Shown here: in pieces, positions 47,089 through 56,751 of the stretch
How positions within the stretch are numbered: the stretch's first letter is position 1
Layout of the letters: every line of letters begins with the position of its first letter
Source: Acidobacteriota bacterium
GTDB lineage: Bacteria; Acidobacteriota; Terriglobia; Terriglobales; Acidobacteriaceae
DNA: 64,000 nt
NCBI GenBank assembly: GCA_021800255.1
Contig: JAJYZC010000003.1
Span: forward strand, 44,475-108,474
Direction: 5' to 3'
Made by a program: the position numbers and the translations under genes
Notes under the pieces: generated by a model
Seen by the model: the letters and a program-made list of their open reading frames with translations, nothing else
What the model was told of the DNA's origin: nothing
Database searches by the model: none

Positions 47089-47919
47089 ATGTCTACTAGC
47101 TCAATCGCATCCATCGATTGGGAGAACTACCGGTTCCTTCAGGAGCATGTCTATTCCCAAGCCGGGATTGTGCTCGAAGACAACAAGCATTATCTGTTTG
47201 AAAGCCGTCTCACGCCGATTGTCAGGCGGCTTGGCCTCGGCTCGATCAACGACTTGTGCGCGCTCCTGAAAGTAAGCCGGGAAGCAGAGGTTGGCCGTCA
47301 GGTGGTTGAAGCCATGACCACCAACGAAACCTACTTTTTCCGGGATCCGGCCCATTATGAAGCCATCCGAACCGCGCTGCTGCCCCGCGTGAAACAGGAG
47401 CGGCGCGATACGAGGAAGCTGCGATTCTGGTCGGCTGCGGCATCAACAGGACAAGAGGCGTACAGCCTGGCCATGCTGCTGCTGGAACAAAATCTGGCGG
47501 ACTGGGATATTCAAATCCTGGGCACCGATTTTTCATCGCAGGTGTTGGAGCGGGCCAGGGCCGGGAAATATCAGCAGATCGAGGTCAACCGGGGTCTGCC
47601 GGCTTCTCTGCTTGTGAAATACTTCAGCCGCTCGGGTGTGGATTGGCAGTTGAGCGAGGCGGTGCGGCGGATGGCCCGATTCGAGACGATCGATTTGCGC
47701 AAAAGTATGCGCACTCTTGGGCCCTTTGACCTGGTTTTCTGCCGCAACGTCATGATTTACTTCGACGCCGAAACCAAGAAGAAAATAATGAAGGAACTCC
47801 ATGGCACTCTTTTTAGAGGCGGTTGGCTGCTGCTGGGGGGCGCCGAAACGGCATTAGGCGTTGAAGAGTGGTTCGACAAGCAGATCATCGAGAATGCGAC
47901 CGTGTACGTCGCCCGCTGA
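47089..47919 (+). CDS. cheR: Chemotaxis methyltransferase CheR
   Basis: TTNETYFFRD, WSAAASTGQEAYS, VFCRNVMIYF. Confidence 0.95.
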   Translation: MSTSSIASIDWENYRFLQEHVYSQAGIVLEDNKHYLFESRLTPIVRRLGLGSINDLCALLKVSREAEVGRQVVEAMTTNETYFFRDPAHYEAIRTALLPRVKQERRDTRKLRFWSAAASTGQEAYSLAMLLLEQNLADWDIQILGTDFSSQVLERARAGKYQQIEVNRGLPASLLVKYFSRSGVDWQLSEAVRRMARFETIDLRKSMRTLGPFDLVFCRNVMIYFDAETKKKIMKELHGTLFRGGWLLLGGAETALGVEEWFDKQIIENATVYVAR

Positions 47920-47929
47920 AAGGAGAAAG

Positions 47930-48394
47930 ATGCCAACGGAATTGAACGTGGAAATCCCGCCCAATGACCTGGCGCAGATTGTGGGTTCTGTGTGCGGGGC
48001 CATGATGGACCTGGAAGCCAGCGAATGTGACTTACAATGGTTCCCCGGCGAGGACCGCTTAACTGCGGCGGTTCATCTTGCCGGAGATTGGAATGGCGCG
48101 GTATTGGTGGAGTGCAGTCGTGAGCAGGCCTGCCGCTTCGCGAGCCGTTTCCTTTCGATTGATCCGCCCGAGACGGTGGATGATATGGTCCGCGACGTGC
48201 TGGGGGAGCTGGCCAACATGATCGGCGGCAACCTGAAATGCTTGTTGACGCCGGGAATCCATCTCTCCATGCCATCTGTAGTGAATGGCAGCGACTACGC
48301 ATTTCAGATCTGCGGTGCCGAGATTCAGCGGCGGCTCGCATTCCGATGTGCGGAGGGCGAGTTTTGGGTCACGATCCTCACCACCCGATCCTGA
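47930..48394 (+). CDS. cheX: CheX-family phosphatase
   Basis: DVLGELANMIGGN (E-x2-N), LSMPSVV; AGGAGA RBS. Confidence 0.88.
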   Translation: MPTELNVEIPPNDLAQIVGSVCGAMMDLEASECDLQWFPGEDRLTAAVHLAGDWNGAVLVECSREQACRFASRFLSIDPPETVDDMVRDVLGELANMIGGNLKCLLTPGIHLSMPSVVNGSDYAFQICGAEIQRRLAFRCAEGEFWVTILTTRS

Positions 48395-48438
48395 ACGCAG
48401 GGCAGTTGACAGGAAACAAGACCCGGTCACAGCGCCTG

Positions 48439-48481
48439 AAATCTGCTGCGGCCCAGCGCGAGGCCCCTTTGCAGATTTTTT
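48439..48481 (+). terminator. Probable terminator of the che operon
   Basis: AAATCTGC...GGCC/GGCC...GCAGATTT followed by a T run. Confidence 0.45.
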
Positions 48482-48506
48482 CGCAGGAGTGCGTACCATA
48501 AACATC

Positions 48507-48911
48507 ATGGCAACCGTCTTCGAGAAACTCAACTTGTGCGGACGCCAGGAGATCGTGGCGCTACGCGCTCCGGAGAGTTTTGAGCCGGAGCTGGCGCGCC
48601 TGCCGGTCATCACCATCCATCGCCATTTGGAGTCCGTTGCGCAGGCGGAGTTCTGGCTGGCCTTTGTCACTCGCAAGGACGAGGTGGACGCTCTGGCGCC
48701 GCAGATCGCCAGGCGCGCCCCGGGGGACGCAATCGTTTGGTTTGCCTATCCCAAAGGCTCGTCGAAGAAATATACCTGCGACTTCAATCGCGACACCGGA
48801 TGGGACGCAATGAAGAAGCTCGGCTTTGAAACCGTACGCTCGGCAGCCATCGACGAGGACTGGACGGCGCTGCGCTTCCGGCGCAAACAGTACGTCAAGG
48901 CGCGGCGTTAG
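48507..48911 (+). CDS. Conserved hypothetical protein (DUF3052-like)
   Basis: VWFAYPKGSSK..TCDFNRD.GW, AIDEDWTALRFR. Confidence 0.75.
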   Translation: MATVFEKLNLCGRQEIVALRAPESFEPELARLPVITIHRHLESVAQAEFWLAFVTRKDEVDALAPQIARRAPGDAIVWFAYPKGSSKKYTCDFNRDTGWDAMKKLGFETVRSAAIDEDWTALRFRRKQYVKARR

Positions 48912-49003
48912 CAAGTCAGGCAAGCCAGCGGGCCCGGCATCCCGTCAAAACAACATCTGCTGAGCTTGGAATGGATCGAGACATCGAGACAGAAGGGAGA
49001 TGT

Positions 49004-49168
49004 ATGCAAACCACACCGAGGAAACTGCACCCGGCGCAGGATGAGGTTCACCAGGCTGCGCACAAACAGGAATTGACCGAGGTTCCCAGACGCGCCATGC
49101 TGGACCGCGAGGGCGAAGGAAGACGGCTGAAACATTCGCGCGTAGAGCCGGTCGAACAGGACAAGTAG
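49004..49168 (+). CDS. Small hypothetical protein (54 aa)
   Basis: GAAGGGAGA RBS before ATG 49004; fills the intergenic gap; no motif recognised. Confidence 0.4.
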   Translation: MQTTPRKLHPAQDEVHQAAHKQELTEVPRRAMLDREGEGRRLKHSRVEPVEQDK

Positions 49169-49185
49169 AAACCGGGCAGAGGGCC

Positions 49186-49908
49186 TCAGCTTTCAACCTG
49201 AAACAGCCCCGGCAGCACCTCGCCGGCCTTGCCTTTGACCACGTGCGTGAAAGCTGCGGCGTTGAGCGGCTCCTCCGGCCCCACGTAGACGGTGCGCGCG
49301 CCGGCAGCCCGCGCCCAATGGACGAAGCTGGCCGCGGGATAGACGGAGCCGGAGGTGCCGGCGACGATCATCAACGTGGCTCGGCCGATCTCGCGCTCGA
49401 TACGCGGCATCTCCAAAGGCATCTCGCCGAAGAAGACGATGTGAGGCCGCAGCCGCCCGCCGCACGGGCAATGGCCAACTTCGTCGAGCGAAGCGTAGAC
49501 GGCGTGATCTTCGACCGGCGGCCGGCCGCACTCGCGCTCGCAGCGCGATTTGGCCAGCTCGCCGTGCATGTGGACGAGATTTGTGCTGCCGGCTCGTTCG
49601 TGCAAGCCGTCCACGTTCTGCGTGCAGAGGAAGAAGCGGCCGGGAAGCTGGCTTTCCAGTCCGGCGAGCGCAAAGTGCGCGGGGTTGGGCTGGGCTTTTT
49701 GTCCGGCGGCGCGGCGCGCGGAGTAAAACGCCCACACACCCGCCGGATCGCGCCTCCATGCATCTGGCGTACACACATCCTCGATGCGGTAGCCGGCCCA
49801 AAGACCATCCGAGGCGCGAAATGTGGGCAAGCCGCTCTCCGCGCTAACGCCAGCGCCGGTAAGAACGAAGACGCGGTCGGCAGGAAGAATGGAAATCGAT
49901 GGCATCAT
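49186..49908 (-). CDS. cobB: NAD-dependent protein deacylase (sirtuin)
   Basis: GAGVSAESGLPTFR, TQNVDGLHE, HMHG, RPHIVFFGE, GTSGSVYPA. Confidence 0.94.
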   Translation of the reverse strand: MMPSISILPADRVFVLTGAGVSAESGLPTFRASDGLWAGYRIEDVCTPDAWRRDPAGVWAFYSARRAAGQKAQPNPAHFALAGLESQLPGRFFLCTQNVDGLHERAGSTNLVHMHGELAKSRCERECGRPPVEDHAVYASLDEVGHCPCGGRLRPHIVFFGEMPLEMPRIEREIGRATLMIVAGTSGSVYPAASFVHWARAAGARTVYVGPEEPLNAAAFTHVVKGKAGEVLPGLFQVES

Positions 49909-49922
49909 CCGGCTCCGTGCTC

Positions 49923-50005
49923 ATCGGCTTTTGGCCATCAGTCCTTTGCGCAATCACCATCGAATCCGCGATGCAAAAGCTGATAGCTGACGGCTGATAG
50001 CTGTC
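49923..50005. repeat. Inverted pair of heptamer arrays in the qor-cobB spacer
   Basis: atcggct-tttggcc-atcagtc (49923-49943) versus agctgat-agctgac-ggctgat-agctgtc (49978-50005). Confidence 0.7.
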
Positions 50006-50006
50006 T

Positions 50007-50975
50007 CTATGGCACCAGCAAAACCTTGCCCGTCGATCTGCGGCCTTCCAGGTCCGCATGCGCCTGAGCAGCCTGGGCCAGGGGATAAACGAACTCCGTG
50101 CGCAGCTTGAGATCACCCTTGGCGGCCCAGCCCAGCACGTCGCCGGCGCGCCACTCCAGCTCAGCGCGCGTGGAGATGTAGTGCCAAAGGGAGGGCCGGG
50201 TGATGAACAACGAACCTTTGCTGTTGAGCTGCGCCAAGTCGAACGGCGGCACCGGTCCGCTGGAGGCGCCGAAAAGCGCCAGCAGGCCGCGCGGACGCAA
50301 GCAGTTCAGGCTCTTGTCAAAGGTAGTTTTGCCTACGGAGTCGTAGACCACATCTACGCCCTTGCCGCCGGTGAGCCGCTTGACCTCGGCCTCGAAGTCC
50401 TGCTCGGTGTAGAGAATCGCGTGTGCGGCTCCGGCCTCGCGCGCGAGTTCCGCCTTGGCCTTCGTGGAGACGGTGCAAATTACGCGCGCGCCCAGCCGCT
50501 TCGCCATCTGCGTCAACAACAAGCCCACACCACCGGCTCCGGCATGAACCAGCGCCGTATCTCCGGCCTTGAGCGGAAAGGTGGAATAAGCCAGATAGTG
50601 CGCCGTCATTCCCTGGAGCATCACGGCTGCGGCCTTTTCCGGGGAGAGCCCCGCGGGCACTTTGACCAACTGCGCCGCGGGTACCAGCGCGTACTCGGCA
50701 TAGCTGCCCAGCACGCTGGTCGAGGCCACGGCCTCACCGGCGGCGAATCCTGTCACGCCCGGACCCAACTCTTCTACGGTGCCCGCGGCTTCGCTGCCCG
50801 GCGTCAGCGGAAACGACGCTTTGTATACGCCGGTACGGAAGTAGATTTCGATGAAGTTGATCCCGATGGCCTCCACCCGGATCAACACTTGGCCCGGTCC
50901 CGGTTGCGGAATAGGCAACTCGGCTAGTTGAAGGACCTCCGGCCCGCCTTTCTCGTGAATCCGAATCGCTTGCAT
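50007..50975 (-). CDS. qor: NADPH:quinone oxidoreductase (zeta-crystallin MDR)
   Basis: GINFIEIYFRTG, QGMTAHYL, HAGAGGVG, DSVGKTT, STGKVLL. Confidence 0.93.
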   Translation of the reverse strand: MQAIRIHEKGGPEVLQLAELPIPQPGPGQVLIRVEAIGINFIEIYFRTGVYKASFPLTPGSEAAGTVEELGPGVTGFAAGEAVASTSVLGSYAEYALVPAAQLVKVPAGLSPEKAAAVMLQGMTAHYLAYSTFPLKAGDTALVHAGAGGVGLLLTQMAKRLGARVICTVSTKAKAELAREAGAAHAILYTEQDFEAEVKRLTGGKGVDVVYDSVGKTTFDKSLNCLRPRGLLALFGASSGPVPPFDLAQLNSKGSLFITRPSLWHYISTRAELEWRAGDVLGWAAKGDLKLRTEFVYPLAQAAQAHADLEGRRSTGKVLLVP

Positions 50976-51173
50976 ATCAGGCTAAGAATGAACCTTGAGG
51001 GCAGGTGACCGCAAGGGCTACGATTTGCATCTGTTCTCTGCCCTGCCGCACTGCCTGGCGGCGAACCCCTTACAAATGGCCGCGCCGGCTTGCGCGATCC
51101 GCGCGCTCACAAATTGTTCGAGCAGAGCGGTTGCAGCGGTTCCGAAGTTGCCATGTACAGGAAGCAAACAGCC

Positions 51174-51203
51174 GGCCGGCATTTCCCTTGGGAAACGCCG
51201 GCC
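51174..51203 (-). terminator. Hairpin downstream of the GT2 gene (probable terminator)
   Basis: Minus strand GGCCGGCGTTTCCC-AA-GGGAAATGCCGGCC, 14-bp stem with one G.U pair. Confidence 0.55.
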
Positions 51204-51244
51204 TCCGCGAAGCTCAAAAACGGCGCATGATCCCTGGAGCCGCT

Positions 51245-52249
51245 CTAAAAACTCCCGTCCTGCCCCTCCTGCATCAGGCTGTGCTCTTCAGGAGGAGACA
51301 AGCGCACGATGCGGTCGATGATGTAAGGGGTGGGATGCTGGCTGGTGTAGTGGTGGCGCACCTGCAACTCGCCCAGCAAGCCGATGGCCAGCAACTGAAT
51401 GCCGGATATGATGAGCACTCCCGCAATGACGAACAGCGGACCGTGCTGGTCCATGACGTTCTGGTGAGGGTTGAGTATCTTCGCGCCGAGCAACACGGCG
51501 GAGATGGCGCTGCCAGCCAGGATGCCGAGCGCGCCCAGGCGGCCGAAAAGGTGCAAGGGGCGGCTCAGATACTTGAGCAGGAAGCGGATGGTGATGAGAT
51601 CGAAGAAGACGCGGAAGGTGCGCCCGATGCCGTAATGGCTCTTGCCCCGCACGCGGTTCACATTTTTGATGGGAACCTCGCAGATAGAGGCTCCATACCA
51701 ACTGGCCAGCGCAGGAATGAAGCGGTGCATCTCGCCATACAGCGGGATGTTTTGAATCACATCGCGCCGGTATGCCTTGAAGGTGGTTCCGAAGTCGTGA
51801 ATCTCCACGCCCGATAGCTTGGCCATAAGCCAGTTGGCGCAGCGCGAGGGGATACGCCGCATCACGAAGTTGTCGATGCGCTCCTTACGCCAGCCGGAAA
51901 CCACGTCGTAGCCCTCTTCGAGTTTTTCCAGAAAGCCGGGGATGTCGTTGGGATCGTGCTGCAGGTCGCCATCCATAGCCAGCACGAACTCGCCCGAAGC
52001 GTGGTCGAAGCCTGCGGCCAGAGCGGAGGTCTGGCCGAAGTTGCGCCGCAATTTCACCACCAGCACGCGGCTATCGACCGCGGCAATCTCTTCCAGGAGC
52101 TTATACGTGCGGTCGTTCGAGCCATCGTCCACCAGCACCAGTTCAAAGCTCTCGCCCACCTGCTCCATCACCTGCTTCAGCCGCGCATAGAGGATGGTGA
52201 CGTTTTCCTCTTCATTATGGAAAGGCACCACAATGGAGTATTTAGCCAT
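51245..52249 (-). CDS. GT2 polyprenol-phosphate glycosyltransferase (ArnC/GtrB-like)
   Basis: SIVVPFHNEE, VDDGSND, RNFGQTSA, MDGDLQHDP, two C-terminal TM helices. Confidence 0.9.
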   Translation of the reverse strand: MAKYSIVVPFHNEEENVTILYARLKQVMEQVGESFELVLVDDGSNDRTYKLLEEIAAVDSRVLVVKLRRNFGQTSALAAGFDHASGEFVLAMDGDLQHDPNDIPGFLEKLEEGYDVVSGWRKERIDNFVMRRIPSRCANWLMAKLSGVEIHDFGTTFKAYRRDVIQNIPLYGEMHRFIPALASWYGASICEVPIKNVNRVRGKSHYGIGRTFRVFFDLITIRFLLKYLSRPLHLFGRLGALGILAGSAISAVLLGAKILNPHQNVMDQHGPLFVIAGVLIISGIQLLAIGLLGELQVRHHYTSQHPTPYIIDRIVRLSPPEEHSLMQEGQDGSF

Positions 52250-52400
52250 ATAGCATATTAGATGCTCTTTCTATGAAAAAGTCCAAGCCGCGAGCCATGC
52301 CGCACGATAAGCCGCGAGCCGGGATCGAGGCTCGTCCCCACAAGGCGGACGGGCTGCAATCACTCCGTAAAAGCCCTATCGGTGCTGGGGGTGAACTGCC

Positions 52401-52712
52401 CTACCTGTCCAGCTCGTCGAGCATGGCCTGCATCTCGCTCAAGGCGTGGCTATTGCCGGTACGCGCGGCGCAGGCGATCCCGGCCTTCAGCCGCTCCGCG
52501 GCCTCCGCTTTGCGGCCAGCGCCAGCCAAGGTCTGCGCAGACATGAAATAGCCGGCGGTGTAATCGGGATCGTTAGCGAGCAGCGTGTCGAACTCGGCGA
52601 GCGCCGCGCCGGTTTCGCCGCGGCCGGCCAGTTCCATGGCCACGCCGTAGCGAGCAAAGCTGTTTTTAGGGTCCAGCGCCAGAATCTCTCTCAGCCCTGC
52701 GATCTTGTCCAT
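52401..52712 (-). CDS. Small TPR protein
   Basis: DPKNSFARYGVAME, DPDYTAGYF; RBS GAAGGAG. Confidence 0.8.
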   Translation of the reverse strand: MDKIAGLREILALDPKNSFARYGVAMELAGRGETGAALAEFDTLLANDPDYTAGYFMSAQTLAGAGRKAEAAERLKAGIACAARTGNSHALSEMQAMLDELDR

Positions 52713-52898
52713 TTTTCTCCTTCGAACTCCGCTGCGCAGGATTGGGGCCCCGCGGATTTGCGTTATTGGCTGGGATTGCCGAAACTGGAGAAGGATGCCT
52801 GGCCCGGTTCCCAAGGCCGCAGCCCAGCATCAGGCGAATCTTAACATGCCCGCCAGGGCACACGGCGGGGATGAAACCTTGAATGAAGCGAGGCGAAC

Positions 52899-53444
52899 AT
52901 GAGCGGGGCGGAAGGCAATCCTACGGTGCGCACGGTGGCGAGCACGCAGTCGGAGATGACAGAGATCATCCTGCCCAACGACACCAACGTGCTGGGCAAC
53001 CTGCTGGGCGGGCGGTTGATGCACTTCATCGATTTGACGGGGGCCATGGCAGCTTACCGCCATTCGCGCACGCCTGTGGTCACTGCGGCCATGGACCACA
53101 TCGACTTCATCCGCCCCGTGCACTTGGGCGACCTGGTGATCCTCAAGTCGAGCGTGAATCGGGCATTCACCACCTCAATGGAAGTGGGCGTGAAGGTGTG
53201 GGCGGAAAACCCGCAGACCGGATCGGTGACTCATGTGGCCAGCGCCTACATGGTGTATGTGGCCGTGGACGAGCACGGCCGGAGGCAAAAGGTTCCCCGC
53301 CTGCTGCCGGAGACGCCCGACGAGATCCGCCACTATGAAGATGCCTTGCGCCGCCGCGAATATCGCGAATCGGAACGCGCCCGGCGCCAGCAGGAGCGGC
53401 TGGCCACGGCGGCGCTCGAGAGCTCGGAGCACGGCCAACCGTGA
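52899..53444 (+). CDS. Acyl-CoA thioesterase (hotdog fold, YciA-like)
   Basis: PNDTNVLGNLLGG, VVTAAMD.IDF..PV, SMEVGV. Confidence 0.9.
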   Translation: MSGAEGNPTVRTVASTQSEMTEIILPNDTNVLGNLLGGRLMHFIDLTGAMAAYRHSRTPVVTAAMDHIDFIRPVHLGDLVILKSSVNRAFTTSMEVGVKVWAENPQTGSVTHVASAYMVYVAVDEHGRRQKVPRLLPETPDEIRHYEDALRRREYRESERARRQQERLATAALESSEHGQP

Positions 53445-53528
53445 GGACCGGCCAGATGCGCAGCGGCGGAGCTCGGCCGTCAGCCGCGTTTCTAACCATT
53501 TGCAAGTGAAAGGAGTAATTCAGACATT

Positions 53529-54359
53529 ATGGCGCATTCACATGCCATACCTCCGCCGGCGGCTTTACCCGGCGTCGCCAAGATCGTCGCCATCGGCTCC
53601 GGCAAGGGCGGGGTGGGCAAAACCACAGTGGCCGTCAATCTGGCCGTAGCCCTCTCCAAGCTCGGACAGCGCGTGGGCCTGATGGACGCCGACGTTTACG
53701 GCCCCAACGTGCCCCTCATGATGGGTTCAACGCAGTCGCCCAAGATCGGCCCCGGCAACATGATCCAGCCCAACCTGACGCACGGCGTCAAAACCATCTC
53801 CATCGGCTACATCTCGCCCGGCGACAAACCCATGATTATGCGCGGACCCATGCTGCATCAGATCATCCGCCAGTTCCTGCAGCAGGTGGACTGGGGCGAG
53901 CTGGACTATCTGATCGTGGATCTGCCTCCGGGCACTGGCGACGTGGCCATCTCGCTGGTGCAGACCGTGCCGCTGACCGGCGCGGTGGTGGTTTCCACGC
54001 CCAGCGACGTAAGCCTGGAGGACGCGCGCAAGGCCCTGGAGATGTTCGCCGAGGTCAATGTGGAGGTGCTGGGCATCGTCGAGAACATGAGCTTCTTCAC
54101 CTGCCCCCACTGCCACAAGGAGATCGACGTCTTCTCGCGCGGCGGAGCGGAACGCACGGCGCAGCAGTTCAACGTGCCGTTTTTGGGATCGATTGAGTTG
54201 ATTCCGGCCATCCGCGAAGGCGGCGACCGCGGCCTGCCCGTAACCCTGGCCGGACCCAAGAGCCCGCAAGCGGCCTTGTTCTACGCCGCGGCGGAAAAGC
54301 TGATGGCCCGCGCCGAAGCAGCCGCAGCAGCAGCCAAGGATGTGATCGAGATCCAGTAA
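53529..54359 (+). CDS. mrp: Mrp/ApbC/NBP35 Fe-S carrier ATPase
   Basis: GSGKGGVGKTT, DADVYGP, DLPPGTGD, ENMS.F.CPHC. Confidence 0.93.
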   Translation: MAHSHAIPPPAALPGVAKIVAIGSGKGGVGKTTVAVNLAVALSKLGQRVGLMDADVYGPNVPLMMGSTQSPKIGPGNMIQPNLTHGVKTISIGYISPGDKPMIMRGPMLHQIIRQFLQQVDWGELDYLIVDLPPGTGDVAISLVQTVPLTGAVVVSTPSDVSLEDARKALEMFAEVNVEVLGIVENMSFFTCPHCHKEIDVFSRGGAERTAQQFNVPFLGSIELIPAIREGGDRGLPVTLAGPKSPQAALFYAAAEKLMARAEAAAAAAKDVIEIQ

Positions 54360-54383
54360 GCAGAGATCATCTTCGCGGTTTGC

Positions 54384-54412
54384 TCTTGGCGGCGGTTCAG
54401 CCCCCGCCAAGA
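54384..54412. terminator. Hairpin between convergent mrp and carboxypeptidase-domain genes
   Basis: TCTTGGCGG...CCGCCAAGA inverted repeat; U tract weak. Confidence 0.45.
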
Positions 54413-54426
54413 CGCCGGGGGGGGGC

Positions 54427-54807
54427 TTACTTCAGCGTCAGATCGATGATGAAATCAGTGCGCGTATCCCAGGAGCTGACGATCCTGGTGGCGCTTTTTT
54501 GCTTGTTTTTTTGCGCCCAAAGGTTGTAGTTGTCATTCATGCTGACCTGGGCAAAGTAGAAGCGGCCATTCCGGGGCGTGATACAACTGCGAATGGTCTT
54601 GGTCTGTTGGTTTTCGAGGAAGACCGTGGCATCTGAAACAGCCTCGGACTTCACGTCCAGCACCATGCCCGAGACGGTCCTCATGCCCGTGCTTTGGGCC
54701 GAGGCATAGGGCACAGTCAGCGCGCCCCCAGGTCCCTGCGGAACGAAGCCCACTGCCAAGGCGGCAAACACGATTCCAGCCAGCCAACCGGCCCTTCGCA
54801 TCTTCAC
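54427..54807 (-). CDS. Exported carboxypeptidase-regulatory-like domain protein
   Basis: Signal peptide; RTVSG.V.D...AVSDATVFL, GRFYF. Confidence 0.75.
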   Translation of the reverse strand: MKMRRAGWLAGIVFAALAVGFVPQGPGGALTVPYASAQSTGMRTVSGMVLDVKSEAVSDATVFLENQQTKTIRSCITPRNGRFYFAQVSMNDNYNLWAQKNKQKSATRIVSSWDTRTDFIIDLTLK

Positions 54808-54998
54808 TCCTCCTCGTCTTCATTTTTGTATAGGTCGTCTTCCTCATCAAAGCCGGATTCAACCCGCGCCAGTTCCAGCGGTTCGACGCCGACTACCTCG
54901 AACTCCGTTCCGCACTCGTCGCAGGTAATCACGTCGCCTTCCTCCACTTCGTCGACTTCGATGTCCAAATTGTTATCACATTCAGGGCAACTGGGCAT
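54804..54998 (-). CDS. LysW-like acidic zinc-ribbon protein
   Basis: CPEC...GDVITCDECGTEFEVV..EPLEL; highly acidic tail; no EDWGE. Confidence 0.75.
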   Translation of the reverse strand: MPSCPECDNNLDIEVDEVEEGDVITCDECGTEFEVVGVEPLELARVESGFDEEDDLYKNEDEEE

Positions 54999-55247
54999 GA
55001 CAGCGTCCTCTCCTTCCGAAACCTCTCATAGATTAAGCACCTTGCGCGGTCATATCGCAAGGGCAGAACCGGAATCCATGCGCAATGGCCTTATCTGCCG
55101 CCGGCTGCATAGCTTTCGTCCAAACGTCATCCCGGCAGATTCTTCCGCGGCGCATCGACTCAGGTTCGGCTATAGTTTTAGAGACGACCCCGCCTCTGGT
55201 CAAGGGCCAGCAGACGTGAGACGAATCCGAACTGCGGAGGAGCGTTC

Positions 55248-56696
55248 ATGAACCTTCCGAGCACCATCCTCGCTTGCGGGCTGGCGCTGGCGGCACCGTT
55301 CTGCCAGGCGCAGCCAGATTACGCGCTGCACGCAGCCCGCGTTGCCCCAGCCAAGCCGGATCCGGCCATAGCCAAAGCCCTCCAGACGATCACAGCCGCG
55401 CGCATAGAACAGACGATCAAGACCCTGGTAAGGTTTGGCACCCGCAACACACTTTCGAGCATGGAGACGGATTTGCCGCGCGGCCAGGGCATCAACGCGG
55501 CGGCGGACTGGATTACGGAGCAGTTTGAGCAGATCTCAAAGCAGTGCGGGGGGTGCCTGGAGGTGCGCCGCGATGTGTTCATCGCCAATCCTGCGCAGGG
55601 AGGCGCCTGGGCGGGCCGAATTCCGCAGCCCACCCGGATTACCAATGTTTACGCGATTTTGCAGGGGACGGACCCTGTGCAGGCGAAGCGCATGTACCTG
55701 GTGACCGGCCACTACGATTCGCGGAACTCCAACGTGTTGGACGCGCGGGGCGCGGCGCCGGGAGCGAACGACGACGGCTCCGGCGTGGCCGTGTCGCTGG
55801 AGTGCGCACGCGCCTTGAGCAAGATGCGATTCCCGGCCACCCTGGTTTTTGTGGCCGTAGCGGGCGAGGAGCAGGGGTTGTTTGGCTCGGCACACCTGGC
55901 GCACCTGGCGCGGGAGCAAGACTGGCATCTGGAGGCGGTGCTGAACAACGACATTGTAGGCGGAAACACAACACCGGGTGACAGGCTGCAACTGAAGGAC
56001 CGGGTGCGGGTGTTTTCCGAAGGGATTCCGGCAACGGCGACGGCGGCCCAAATGCGGCGTCTGCTGGCGCTGGGCCAGTTAAGCGACTCGCCCAGCCGGG
56101 AACTGGCCCGCGCGGTTGCGGACACGGCGCGGAGTTACTTTCCCGCCGGGAGCGGTTCGCCGTTTTCCGCATTTCTCGTGTTCCGGCCGGATCGCTACCT
56201 GCGGGGCGGCGACCAGAGTTCTTTCAACGACGAGGGCTTCGCGGCGGTGCGGCTGACTGAGTGGCGCGAGGACTACAACCACCAGCACCAGAACGTGGTG
56301 TATCCCGCAGCAGGCTCCCATGCGCCGATCTTGGGCGATTTGCCGCAGTTTGTGGACTTCCACTATGTAGCGCGGGTGGCGCGGCTGAATGCGGCTACTC
56401 TGGCTACACTGGCCTCCGCGCCGGGCCAGCCGCGGAAGGTGACGATTGACGTGCGCAATCTCGAGAACACGACAACTCTGCGCTGGAAGGCGCCGGCGGG
56501 CGCCGGCGCCGGCGTGCACTATGAAGTGCTGTGGAGAGAAACCACCGCGCCGGATTGGCAGTTTGTGAAGACGGTCGAGCCGGGTAAGCCGGGCGGGATC
56601 GTGTCCGTCACCTTGCCCATTTCAAAGGACAACGTGATCTTCGGCGTGCGCTCTGTGGATGCTGCCGGACATCGCAGCCTGGCTGTGGTTCCCTGA
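55248..56696 (+). CDS. Exported M28-family metallopeptidase
   Basis: TGHYDSR, GANDDGSG, GEEQGL, NNDIVG; Fn3-like tail. Confidence 0.9.
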   Translation: MNLPSTILACGLALAAPFCQAQPDYALHAARVAPAKPDPAIAKALQTITAARIEQTIKTLVRFGTRNTLSSMETDLPRGQGINAAADWITEQFEQISKQCGGCLEVRRDVFIANPAQGGAWAGRIPQPTRITNVYAILQGTDPVQAKRMYLVTGHYDSRNSNVLDARGAAPGANDDGSGVAVSLECARALSKMRFPATLVFVAVAGEEQGLFGSAHLAHLAREQDWHLEAVLNNDIVGGNTTPGDRLQLKDRVRVFSEGIPATATAAQMRRLLALGQLSDSPSRELARAVADTARSYFPAGSGSPFSAFLVFRPDRYLRGGDQSSFNDEGFAAVRLTEWREDYNHQHQNVVYPAAGSHAPILGDLPQFVDFHYVARVARLNAATLATLASAPGQPRKVTIDVRNLENTTTLRWKAPAGAGAGVHYEVLWRETTAPDWQFVKTVEPGKPGGIVSVTLPISKDNVIFGVRSVDAAGHRSLAVVP

Positions 56697-56751
56697 GCAT
56701 TCGCCCGCTCCATGACATGATCGCGGTGCAGCGTTTACCCTGTTGACAACG

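Noticed and set aside
49186-49908. SIR2 protein as a Thoeris/DSR-type defence effector
   Set aside because: Single-domain CobB-type sirtuin with a Zn ribbon and normal length; no defence partners.
54417-54425. Poly-G tract as a phase-variation switch
   Set aside because: It lies between convergent stop codons, outside any coding or promoter region.
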